64,000 nt of DNA. It comes from Marsupella aquatica (taxonomy: Eukaryota > Plantae > Marchantiophyta). The position numbers and the translations under genes were made by a program. Under the pieces are notes generated by a model. That model was not told the DNA's origin and did not search any database. It saw only the letters and a list, made by a program, of their open reading frames with translations. The stretch covers positions 11,430,858 through 11,494,857 of the forward strand of contig OZ316895.1 in the NCBI GenBank assembly GCA_973895155.1, in the 5' to 3' direction. Below, piece by piece: positions 25,565 to 37,036 of this stretch. How positions within the stretch are numbered: the stretch's first letter is position 1; every line of letters begins with the position of its first letter.

Positions 25565-28500
25565 TCACTGCAGACTAACACACTCTGATGGCCAGAGCAC
25601 AAGAGATCCTACTGCATCTGCAATTATTTCTTGAGGTGGATCATCGTCTCTATTCGGAAATGGCAAATTACAATCAGATACAATCACTGTAGTCAACAAC
25701 ACTACTACATGGTCATCCGGGACCACTTTGCCATGGAATTTTGCATGATCCGGTCGCAAAATGCCTGTACCCACACATACCTGCGAGTCATCCTCCCATG
25801 ATAGAAGATTATGGACTGGCTCTGCTGTGGCTATCACCTTCACCTTACCCTGGTTGTTTTTCTTGGCTTTCCTGGGTGGCTTATACATGACATTATTCAT
25901 ACCTTGGTTGCGAGTCATGACTTTGGCACGAGTGTTTTGTGCTGGTGATCGAGAATTGGCTACACTCTTCTTCAAAGAATCTGCATCCATATTTGACACT
26001 TCTGATTGTGTAGCAGGATTTCCCTGCGACATCATCTCAGTATCTGCCAACATTGTACTTGCTTCAATTGAAGCATCTACAATCTTACTTGCATCCAATG
26101 TTGCTCCCAAGTTTCGACGTCGCTTCACCCTACTCCCACTTGGTTGAGAGTCTGTCAACTCTGCATCAACTACAATTCAGTGTCATGTCCAACATAAGTC
26201 AATCACTCATCACATGTGCTAAATGTACATGTCACCAACCACAAAGTTGTCACTATCTCCTTACCATTATGAACAGCCTTCTTCCCCTTCTTTGCCATTG
26301 CCATATGCTTCATGTCTGCTTCTGTTGATCAATAAACACACCACAATATTCAGGTTGAATCTATTAACCACTGAATTGTTGCTCAACATTCATATAGAGG
26401 AATTTAAAGCATCAGCTTACCTGATACCTCCTTGGCTATGGTCACTGAGGCACTGGGCACATCTTCTTCATTATTGCTCTTTGAATCACCTGATACATCA
26501 ATCATGATGTCACTTCAGATCCCAGTTCATCCAACCAATTCTTACAGAAAAGATGACCTCTAACCGGCTTAAGCTTCACAAAACTCCATGCACTTTTCAA
26601 ATGTAATGTACTGGATCATAGCAGGTTACCTGTCTCAGCAACCTTCTTGCCCTTCTGCTTACTGATTACAGGGTCCTTCTCTGCCTCCACTCTTCCTGCA
26701 TTCAAACCATTCACTCAATTCATGAAAACTTACTTCTAACATTTGAACATAGGACACAATAAACAATGGGCCGGTGTCATTTCCATACATGTGTCAGATT
26801 TGCCAATTCCCTTTTTTGTTAACAAGGGCACACTTTGTACAATGTTGCCCTCATTGTTTGGTTGGGAACCACCCAATTTTTCAATCACAAGCTTGAAATT
26901 AGATTCCACTGATGCAAGAAGGTTCGCTACAGATGCCTCCACAATATCCAAACGATCAGCCAATTTACTTTCCACTCGAGGGAGTCCACACTCTAATGAC
27001 TTCAACCGTTCACACATCTCTGTGAGAGTTGTAACAGTTCCCTGTCATAACACAGCTTACATATCTCAGATAACTGTCCCCAAGAATTGGTTGCTTACTT
27101 CCTACTACATTTCTTTCTGATGCTCAAGGCCAAATAGTCACAAAACATACAGAATTACAACATAATCACCTGTTTGGAAGTCACACTTGTCACCTCACTC
27201 CTTTGTTTCATGAACTCCTCTCTCACTTCTTGTGCTGATGGTTCTTCACCTGTCAATTTCTTCTGCAGTCCACATCAACATACATATGAATGAAACCAAG
27301 TGTTGATTGTCAATGAAAATGTAATAATGGTAGCAAGATGATAAGTTTGAGGCTTACTATCAGGCATGTCACTGCCTTACCAATTGTTCTTTCACTGGAG
27401 CATAACTTCCTCTCCCAGCCTATGAAAGGTGTTTCACTTTGCCTCGAGCATTTGACATCAGTTCACTCTTGCTCTGTCCAGCCTCCGACATGAACCCTTT
27501 GATTAACCGTGTCCATTGATCCAGTTCCAATGATGGGGGTGGTGGCATTCTCCTGTTAGAACCATTGTCTATCCACATCCTTTTCAACATATGCCTCTCT
27601 TGTTTCAAAATCCTCATTGCATAATCTGATATGCAATCTTCAACTGGGCCCTTACCATCATTACCAACATAGTCCCACCGTTCAAGAATGTCCTTGCAGA
27701 TAGCAGCCCAATCAGCTTTGTTCTGACTCCTAAACTCTGTAATGCTCAAATCTAACCAACGCAATACTTCTCCTCTTAGGTCAGAATGCCAACGGTTCTT
27801 ACCATCATATGTGGGAGTTATCCAACCTTCGGAATTCACTTCTACTTTACCAAATTTGTTATTGTCTCCTGCCTTGGTACTCCCTGAAGCGCTACTAGGT
27901 GTCCCTCCACGGCCTGGATTGCATTGTCCAAACCTCCCTGGAGTCCCTGCACATTTACAGGATCCATTTACAGTCACTTACATTAGGTAAGTATGAATCA
28001 TAAATCCTGCTGCCAAATATACACTAGACTTCAGAGCAATTCTGCAATGACCAAGTTACCTCTCCCTTGGCGCATAGATGGTTCTGGACCACCTGTCCTA
28101 TTGCTTTGTCTTGATGAATTAGGGCCGTTTCTCCCGCCTGTGAATGATTGCCGCCTATCTGAACGTGGATGGCCTTTGTTGTTTTCGTGATTGTCCCAAT
28201 CAGAGTCTGCATACCAACAGGTACATGCCACACTCATGGACCTATAAAATAAACTCTTTGCCCTAGCTACACATCAGATAAGTCCATATTGAGCTAAATC
28301 TCTACTACCATCACAAAATCACTAGCACAAGGCACTTACTTGTCCAATCATCCTCCTCACCTTTCCATTGCCCTCTGTACCCGTCTCTACCACGCTCTGG
28401 GTGTTCATATTCATCCCATCCATCTTCTACTCCATCATAGTCATCATCATAATTATCAGGCGTCCCTTGCCAATAACTCTGGCTCATTCTAGGGTATGGA

Positions 28501-28682
28501 TTATGTGATTTCTCTCTAGCTGCCCACCTACCTGGGACTTGATGAGGGCCCTGTGCATCCTGCATAGGTGCATTTTTCTGTGAGCCCCCTGCATCTGGGT
28601 CTCCATCCATATCCAATCTTTCCTCTTCACCCCACTCTCCAAGCCCCATGTCTGTCTCCATGTCATCACCCTCTTCCCCCAT
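25565..28682 (-). pseudogene. TnpA-like (Ptta/Tnp1 En/Spm) multi-exon gene
   Basis: RHMLKRMW..PPPSLELDQWTRLI..W/F..QSKSELMSNARGKVKH*AGRG (Ptta-like), followed by a coiled coil. The C-terminal FHGKVVPDDHVVV..LPFP..IADAVGSLVLWP is Tnp1-like. Premature stop at 27420. Confidence 0.8.
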
Positions 28683-28859
28683 AGCTTCTGCATAGCACCC
28701 ACAACCAAACACGGAGAATCAACACACTAAATTCAAAGTATCAATCAATTTCATGCATATCCAACTATCCTAAACATCATTCCAGGCAGCAATTCCCGTT
28801 CTGTGACTCTGTGCAGGTAGTCATCCTCAACCTCATACTTGCCAATCGCCAGCTGTTGC

Positions 28860-31800
28860 CTATTGCAAATCATCAACCTCATCATATTCCATTTGCCCAG
28901 GTTCATCATATGTCTCTCTCAATGTTAAGGGGATGTAGTCAGTCCCTGCCCGAGTTGGAAGTACAGTCTCATGACTAGGATGCTCGAATGCAGCATGGTC
29001 ATCCAAACTGAACTCTACTTTACTTCCATCCATCCACCTATTCCGTGCTTGGCTATGGCATACCACCCTCCAGCCATGTGACTCCTCCACATCTGCAAAG
29101 AAAGCCTGTTCAACTTGGCTAGGGAAAACAAAAGGCTCAGATCATTCTGGTACTCTGGACCTAAAATTGGCCAACAAGAACCCATCATGATCACGCTTCA
29201 TGGTGGCCCTTGGTCTCTGCCACTCTGATTTCATCCATGATCCCTTCATCAATATCACTGGGACACTTGTGTTACCATAATTCAACACCCAAATGTCGGT
29301 CAACTCCCCCACGTAACCCATCTTCATCCACCCCCTCTGTTCTTCAGAGGTTCTCTGCTCAAACACAGAAATCAAACCACAATCATATGATACACAATGG
29401 TCACCCTGCTCATCCCTCACTCGATAATGATTTCCATAAGCTCTCATCCATTTGTAGGTCAGAATAGACAATCATGGTGGCACAGATAGAAGATACAAAT
29501 CCTTCTCCATATCTGGGTGATGTCTACTATGCTCTCGAATTGTCACCCGAATCCACTGCTCGAACTGTGGGAAGGGATCCTGCTGCCCAGAGTGTGCAAC
29601 TTTTTGCATATCATATCCCTGCAATATGAGGTACAGGCATAGTTAGGTCTAAACAACACATGACAACCTAAGATCACCCTTGGAACAGACAAGAAGCATC
29701 ACAATAAAGGCAAGTCAATTCAATCACTCACCTCCACCATGGTTGCATAGGCTCTGTGTTTGCCAGCACATATGAATGAGCCTTGTCTCGAATCGCAACA
29801 GGCAGCTGAACAGCACGTCCCACACCTTCAACAACCTCGCCACTCACTCCATCATCTTCACCAGATTTCCAAACTCTTGTCATAGCTTCACCAGACCCAG
29901 CCATGTACTCTGTTAGGAATCCCAATGTCTCATCCTTAATGTACCCCAATGCCATGGAAGCCTCTGGCCTGTAGTATGTTCTCACATGACCTTTCAACAA
30001 CTTCATGTATCGCTCCATAGGGTACATCCATCTGGTACTGACTGGCCCATACTGCCCTAGCTCTTCTACCACATGGATTAGGAGATGAGTCATAACATCA
30101 AAGAAAGCAGGGGGGAAGTATATCTCCAAGTCACAGAGGACATAAGCAGCATCCTGCTTCAACTGCTCCAATCCTTGGGGATCCCACACTTTCACACATA
30201 TACGGCGAAATACATTGCACAGTCGAAGAATGACATTACGGACTGGTTTCTGCATGAGACCTCTGAGGCATAGGGGCAGAATGTGCTGCATCAACACATG
30301 GTAGTCATGTGTTTTCATACTGCCAAGTTTATTCTTTGTAATATGCTTCTTGAAGGCACCAGCATAGCCAGAGGGCACTTTCAGACAGCTCAATCTATAC
30401 AAGAATGTCTTCCATTCATCCTGTGTGCACACATAGGGAGCTTGGAACTTGAGAAGTACATTGGGATTGCTTGCATGGGGCTTCAACCAAAGGTGAGGGC
30501 GAATCCCCTTCTGTTGCATATCAGCTCGAACTGCTCTTGTATCTTTCTCACCCGACAAGAACTTCAGCAAGCTCTCACAAATATTTTTCTCAATGTGCAT
30601 GACGTCCACATTGTGTTTGCTGGGCTTGAATTCCTGCACTCCACAAAGCAAAGAATTCAACAACAGAAACACTAATTAACCGCATAGGAGGATTGTAACC
30701 AACATCAATCCACCATTGCTCCAATCTAAAATTGCAATCATACAGGGGCTGGAGGCTAAGTACATTACCCTCCAGTACTCCAACTCCAAGTCCATCAAGG
30801 TCTGTCTTTTCACACCGTGTTTCACCACTGGATCCTCAGGTTCTCGATCAGTGGCACTTCTCTTGTCCTAATCAACCTTCCTGGCTGCCCACCTCAGGAC
30901 TTGCTCTCTGGTGACCCTCTGTGGTGGGCCACGAAGCTCTGTTTTGTTGTTGAAGTGTGCAATTTGAGACCGTGTGTGCCTGTAAGGATGATCAACAAGC
31001 AGATACCTTCTATGCCCCTGAAATTTCATACTGTGCAGGGCATGCGACCACTCACTTGTCACATTTTTCCCACATGGTGTGCACCCCACATAGCCCTTTG
31101 TCACTCGTCCAGATATGATGCCATGGCCTGGGTAATCTGCTATATCCAGCAAACAAATTGCATGCAGTCTAAAGGGGCTGGGTCGAAGAAGCCCCTTCAG
31201 AACATCATGGGTTAACACCCCTTCTATCCACAAAGTCTTCCACTCTTCCACTGCTGGAGCCAACATGATATCTATGAATTGCTCGGTCACAGAAGCTGGT
31301 CCAGGGATTAACAGCACCATCATGACAAAAAACCTCTTTGTAGTCATCCATGGGGGAAGGTTGTAATTTAGCAGCGTAACCGGCCAACATGAATAACGGT
31401 TGTTTTTGTCTCCAAATGGGTTTACTCCATCCAGTGATAGACCAAATCGAAAGTTCCGCTTCTCTGCAGCAAACTGTGGCCACCTCTCATCAACAAATTT
31501 CCAATGGTTGGAATCTCCAATGTGACGCTGCAGGCCATCACTGCTCTTGTTATCAGGAGTCCATGTCATCAGCTTGGAAATGGCAGGGCATCTAAACAGA
31601 CGTTGTAGTCTAGGAATGAGAGGAAAATGACGAAGAACCTTGGCAGGGTGTGTACATTTCCCTACATTCTTGTACCTGTGCTTACCACAATGAGGGCATA
31701 TCAATTTATCTGCATGCTCTTTGCGAAAGAGAACACACCCATCAGGGCATGCGTCAATAGACACATAGTTCAGCCCAAGGTTAGACATCAATTTCCTAGC

Positions 31801-32559
31801 CTCATACATATTTTTTGGAATTGAATTACCATCTGGTAACACATTTCGGCGCAGGAAGGTCAACAACTCTGTCACAAATATATTGGGAACATTGTGATTG
31901 CCACAGATGTTCAACAACAACACGACAAAACCCAGCTTGGAGCAGTTCGACCCCTCGTAGATAGGAATGCAAGCTTCTTTGATGTGTTTTGGGCCCCCAA
32001 ACACCCACTCCCTCTCTGTTGCACCTTCCCCAATGTCAAAGTCAGGTTCAGCTTGGCCGTCGCCAATGTGTGGCTGCGGTTCATTGTCCTCTTTTGATTC
32101 CACTGTGTCGTAAAAAGCATCAAGGTCTTCAAAAATCTCTTGAACCATTCTTGGGACATCCATCCCACCGTCCTCAGTGACTGCCTCTGCATCTCCATGT
32201 TGGTCATCCATGTTCTCATGTTGGACCCCAGGACCATCCTCTGCACAGTCTATGTCCTGCTCTACGTAGTCTCTACGCCTAGCTGTATTAGAATCCACAA
32301 AGTCAGCTCTCCACTCTTCATCAGAGGAGTCTTCTTCTGCTGGTACATTCCAAACCCTCCACCGAGGGTGCCTTTCATGCCGCAGCAGGTGAAGGTGCAC
32401 AGTGTTCAAACTCAACGACTTGAATCCTTGGCACTGTGTGCATGGGCATCTCATCCTCCTACTCCTACCTTGGGCGGCCCGGGCTTGTTCACGCATCCAC
32501 AATTTAGAATCATGATGCCTAATCCTAAATGGGTTGTGAAGAGGCAACCTTGGAGCCAT
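28860..32559 (-). pseudogene. TnpD-like CACTA transposase (Tnp2 core plus DUF4218/DUF4216-like regions)
   Basis: CPCTQC..HL..H, IDACPDGCVLFR..CPHCG..RY, LRHFPLIPRLQRLF, LSLDGVNPFG, YNLPPW, DYPG, DVMHIEKN, MKTHDYHVLMQ, RWMYPMERYM, EPFVFPSQVEQ. Intron 30634-30768. In-frame stops at 30868 and 29142. Confidence 0.95.
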
Positions 32560-32885
32560 CACTATACACACGCACTCAGCACCCTGTCATTTTATTATGC
32601 AAGTGAAAAATACACTTCCTGTTAAGGATTTCACCCCCGACTGTACTTGCCAAAATACGTAACGTTCCAAAAAAACAAAAAAACAAAAAATATAGGTGCC
32701 TGAGTCATGTACCTATTCTCAAGTGAATGAGACAAAATTCCTAAATGTTTGAGGGTGTCAACTCCTCCGCTGTCCTCACATGTACTGCCTCTGCACGTAC
32801 ATCCATGACCATATCAGAGTCCAATCATGTATAGTCATAGACACAGGTGCCAGGTGCGAGACCGGTGTGAGATGTCCTCATCTTA

Positions 32886-33293
32886 CTACCACATCAAATA
32901 CGGATACCAATCCTGTTGTCGATGCCACTCAGCCCTGAGGTACTCAGGCATGTACATTAAGTCATCAAGGTCTAAACCCTGCTCATGCCATGGTGGTCTT
33001 CGATCCGTGCCTACAAGCAGTGGCAGCAGTGCCCTCCATGGTGCACATGTTGCTACCAAGTCCCTCCACTGGGTACTAATTAGTCTATATTTGCAGATAT
33101 CTTGTGCGCCAGACACCACAAGAACCCTCAGCCAGACATGTGTAAGAACTATATCATCTGCCAAATCAGGCAACAAGGAACCACCTACAGCATCGTGCTT
33201 GTCTAACTCATCTGCTGAAAAGTAAATGTCCTCTTCCGACTGTGCATCCTCATTCACCACAGCATTCACAACACATCCAAGGTCTGTAGGCAT
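32886..33293 (-). CDS. CACTA cargo ORF with F-box-like motif
   Basis: LLPDLADDIVLTHVWLRV....CKYRLISTQWRDLV resembles the LP.LPddi...IL.RL....R.VS..WR.L F-box consensus. Confidence 0.62.
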   Translation of the reverse strand: MPTDLGCVVNAVVNEDAQSEEDIYFSADELDKHDAVGGSLLPDLADDIVLTHVWLRVLVVSGAQDICKYRLISTQWRDLVATCAPWRALLPLLVGTDRRPPWHEQGLDLDDLMYMPEYLRAEWHRQQDWYPYLMW

Positions 33294-33886
33294 TATCTCG
33301 CATGGAAGCTGCCTCTTCTAGACCGTCTGCACTTAGTCTCCCCAATTCCTTCTTCTGCAAATACCACACTGAACCCCTTCATAATGGTATTTCTCTCCTT
33401 GTCATGCTCATTCAATATAGCATCTGCACGCATAGGATGGTGTCCTATGTTGACAACAGGTCCATATTGGACAGAAGCAAAGTTGGGTTTCTCTGCCGCT
33501 GCTTCATAGGCTTTCTTTTCAGCCAAAGCCTCTGCAGTGGCCTCCTCACTCTCCCACAACTCATATTGCTCAGTACTCTGTACACACCTATGTTTAACAG
33601 AATCGATCAGCCAAGAGACTTCAACTACTTTTAGACCTTGGTTGGTAATGGCAGAATCAATGAAGGACCATGACCACTTGTTCATCACATCCAGCCATGT
33701 CCCCGCAACAACATGTGTAGTCTGTGGAGTGATGTCCTTGACTTCAGTCCCATGGAACTCTGAGAATCGTTTTTGTACGATTGGCCAACTCACTTGGGTG
33801 AACCCATAGTGGCCAGGAATCAAAATGGCTTTGATTCCAGCCAACAGAGGCGGGTGGTCAACCTTTGTACGTTTCCTAGAGGCCAT
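33293..33886 (-). CDS. CACTA cargo ORF with a single BRCT domain (DNA polymerase lambda/Pol X N-terminal type) and an N-terminal NLS-like segment
   Basis: MASRKRTK..LLAGIKAILI..IVQKRFSEFHG....TTHVVA....VVEVSWLIDSVK....TEQYEL shows the THV and W..DS BRCT signatures. Confidence 0.8.
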   Translation of the reverse strand: MASRKRTKVDHPPLLAGIKAILIPGHYGFTQVSWPIVQKRFSEFHGTEVKDITPQTTHVVAGTWLDVMNKWSWSFIDSAITNQGLKVVEVSWLIDSVKHRCVQSTEQYELWESEEATAEALAEKKAYEAAAEKPNFASVQYGPVVNIGHHPMRADAILNEHDKERNTIMKGFSVVFAEEGIGETKCRRSRRGSFHAR

Positions 33887-34484
33887 GTACACACGGGCCA
33901 CCTAATCACTGCAGACCGAAAGATAATGCGTTCACCTGATAATCGAAGGGCCCTTAAAATGCTGCGTTTATAACTTGGTCCAGTCCAGTCGTCTGGTGAG
34001 TCTCTGCTTCGATTCCAAACGGGAGAAATATTGGGACAAACGTACTAGACACCTGCAAGCATGCACCTCATAGTTTGAATATGTGCCTTCACAATATTGA
34101 AGGTGACAAGTGCAATTGTTTTGTGATGCCACATACAGATGTTGTAATTGGGCAGACATTCAATGAGAATACAAAATGTTGGTACACTTTAAGGGAATTC
34201 TCGCAAATTAAATAGCCTTGTAACTTATATGCTCATAATGAGAAGTCCTGATTTAATTTAAGCAGTGTCATGTAAGTCGTGATCAAAATGATTGCAGAGT
34301 TAAAAAAGTTCCTAGAAGGCTTAAGGGGAGTTTTTGAAGGCATGTACCCAGGAACAAGTAATGAACTTAGGGTACTTGTTGCCTAAGCATCCTCTCCTAC
34401 AGAGGTCCTTCTTCTCAAAATTGGAATGTCTGCAATCTCCAAGGTATCCACATCAGGTGCACTATGCATGTACATTATTCAGGT

Positions 34485-35161
34485 TCAAAGCCAAGAAATG
34501 TGATCTCTCATGGGAGTGTGCAAAGTAGGATCTATGGCATGGCGATGACAATAGAAGATCCATCGATCAACACCATGTGCAGAGTGATCATAGATGTGTC
34601 TGTCACAAGCATAGCCTTCTGCTTGACGCTCCTTCAAACAATGAAAGTGCCACATGGTGGGACACCTAACATAGTGGACTATGTCCACCCAGAAATCTTC
34701 ATCGTGCTGACCACATGCCTTGCACTTATGAAGTGGGCAAGCTGTGGCAAGATCGGGCAAACATGAAAAACAAAAGAACCTCACACAATATCTGTCAGGG
34801 CATTTCCTAGTGGTGGAGCATCAACAGAGCCCTCATAAGACCCCAACTTCCCACACTGTGCACACTTAGCCTGCTTCTCCAAACAATCAGTGCACATCCA
34901 GCCTCCCTGGTGTGCTGACGGGAGGCCCACTCCTGGACAGTTGTTTTCTGCAGCAAGGTCAGACTCCGGGTTGAGGTGGAAATGCCTCATGCAAGGGCCC
35001 TCACATATGGCTAAGCCACCACCATCGTCACAAATGGCACAACAATGAGTTGCCTTCTGGAAAATCTGACTTGCGGAGAAGTTACTACCATCTGGCCCAA
35101 CTACACCTGTGTTGCTCACCTCTGTCCCCCGCTTCTTGGCTCGGATTTTAGGGCGTGCCAT
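34485..35161 (-). pseudogene. Stand-alone EDM2-like (NSD-type) triple PHD finger protein, ~225 aa, with one frameshift near 34812
   Basis: CAICDDGGGLAICEGPCMRHFH..C..WMCTDC; CAQCGKLGS..[fs]KCPDRYCVRFFCFSC; CPLHKCKAC..RCPTMWHFHCL; tail IFYCHRHAIDPTLHTPMRDHI, similar to the EDM2 IYC..HEID..L.TP.RDH motif. Confidence 0.82.
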
Positions 35162-35830
35162 GCCTACGCATGAGACAGATAGTACAATTTAGCAGAGTGC
35201 ACAGACAATACAATTTAGTGCAATGTACAAAAAGTACAGTGTAGCATATAGACTAGAGTGGCAATTGCTACTGCAATGAAATGTTCACACACATGTGCAG
35301 AGTAGACATACTTTTTGGTTTGTTGAGCCCACACTAAAAACTGATCCCCTCGTATAATAGCTCCACCTACACCTCAATTTTGTGGCTATGATTCACCAAA
35401 GGAGATCTGCAACAAGATTTAATGCATTTGAATCACATATAACAGTCGTGACATGTAAAATAGGCATTTTTTGAACAGGATTGGTATCAAGCAGTGTGAT
35501 CAGGGTTGTAATTTATACATCCTAAATAGGCTATGATAGTGAATGAGACAAATAAGTTAGGCATAAATCACTTTTTCCAGGTTATCACATGGCCCATTAA
35601 TTCCAGTCTTTGAAAGGAGACTTTTAAGTGAGCTTGCTAGCCTCTTAAATTAGGATATTGTACTTAGTGCAGCCATAATAGGATAAGTTATGTACTGTTG
35701 ACCCTAAACCCTGGACCCAAAATTGGTCATAATTCAAAATCTTAAGTAAATATCCTCTCTGTTCAAGTCAAAGTGTTAAGTTATAGGTCAATGGTCTCTG
35801 GTTTGTGCATGCGGTGTGACAAATGGTCCT

Positions 35831-36280
35831 CTAGAGTGTGTGATCCAAACATGTGTAGACACCAAAGTGACCGGTGGTGGGGTCTGGGAGGGCAGGACAA
35901 GTGACATCGCCAGGCACACTGCAGGATGGCGAGTGGTTCCAGATGATACATTGTGCTCTGTGAAAAAACCGACATCCAAGAGAACGGTCATCCAACTCTA
36001 GGCCAGAAGCTCTACAGGCAGGACAGTCATATTGGCAACTGTGCACACACCCTTGGGCCCTAATTTGTGGCGGGTCATGTACAAGAGACAGAAATACCAA
36101 GGATGTTGGGAAGGGTGGAGAAGCAGGTACAGGCCGGCTGTAGTTGTTCCTGGCAACAACTGGGTACTCAAAGTACCATGCAGACTGGGCTGGAAGGATC
36201 CCAAGTCTGACATACTCAAGGTGCAACATCTCTGCCTTGCGTGCAAGCCGCACATGTTCAGCGTTGCGGGTCCTCACCAT
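35831..36280 (-). CDS. CACTA cargo ORF, Cys/His-rich, unknown function (149 aa)
   Basis: ATG start (MVRTR), uninterrupted, co-oriented with the other cargo. CxHxCxxxCxxC cluster. Confidence 0.45.
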   Translation of the reverse strand: MVRTRNAEHVRLARKAEMLHLEYVRLGILPAQSAWYFEYPVVARNNYSRPVPASPPFPTSLVFLSLVHDPPQIRAQGCVHSCQYDCPACRASGLELDDRSLGCRFFHRAQCIIWNHSPSCSVPGDVTCPALPDPTTGHFGVYTCLDHTL

Positions 36281-36505
36281 AAGTGTTGCTTTTGTGGAGC
36301 AAGGTGAGCAGGAGCTGTACTTGCCTCACCAACAGCAACCAACCTTAAATTATCAGTTCCCACTCACTGTGTCATTCCATTGGTTCCAGCTAGGGGTCAC
36401 AGTGTAAACATAGCATGAAACACTCCTAATCAACTTGCTTACAAACTACAATATCCAGAAAGAGTGAAAGTCTCACCCTCCAGTGAGCAGCAGAGAGGTA
36501 GTTCA

Positions 36506-37036
36506 CTAGATGTGTTGATGTGCAGTTAAACCTCCACTATTGCTTACTTCTGGTGTATGCTGCTCAGAAGAAGACATATTAGTAGCAGCAAATTGCAAAT
36601 AATGGCCATAAGCAAACCGTGAGAGTTTGCAGAATGCTACGACAAATCCATCACAGCAGTGCTCCACAGGAATGAAACCAAGCAAAATTTGGTGACCTCG
36701 GCCAATGACAAGGCCAATGTAGTGAACAATCCTTGACCGATCAGGATATGGATTGGAATTACAATTAGTCAGCTCTTCTTCTTTGTTTTCTAACTCTGGG
36801 GGAAATGAGCATGACCAGGGAATTCTCTGAGAAATAGAAGTGCACAGGGAAAATGAAATTGGCTCATTCAGCTGCGCAAGACCGACCATTGCAGCATACT
36901 TGGACAGTTGTTCCGCAATACATAAAATACCCTGACTTACATGCAATCGATACAATCTGCTTCTGTTGGCTGTCCTACAGCTCATGGCAGTGCCGTTGGG
37001 ATAGGGTAAGTGAATATTGCCATAGCTGAAGCACAT
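36506..37036 (-). CDS. CACTA cargo ORF, unknown function (176 aa)
   Basis: Long ATG-initiated ORF, co-oriented with the other cargo. No motif recognised. Confidence 0.3.
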   Translation of the reverse strand: MCFSYGNIHLPYPNGTAMSCRTANRSRLYRLHVSQGILCIAEQLSKYAAMVGLAQLNEPISFSLCTSISQRIPWSCSFPPELENKEEELTNCNSNPYPDRSRIVHYIGLVIGRGHQILLGFIPVEHCCDGFVVAFCKLSRFAYGHYLQFAATNMSSSEQHTPEVSNSGGLTAHQHI

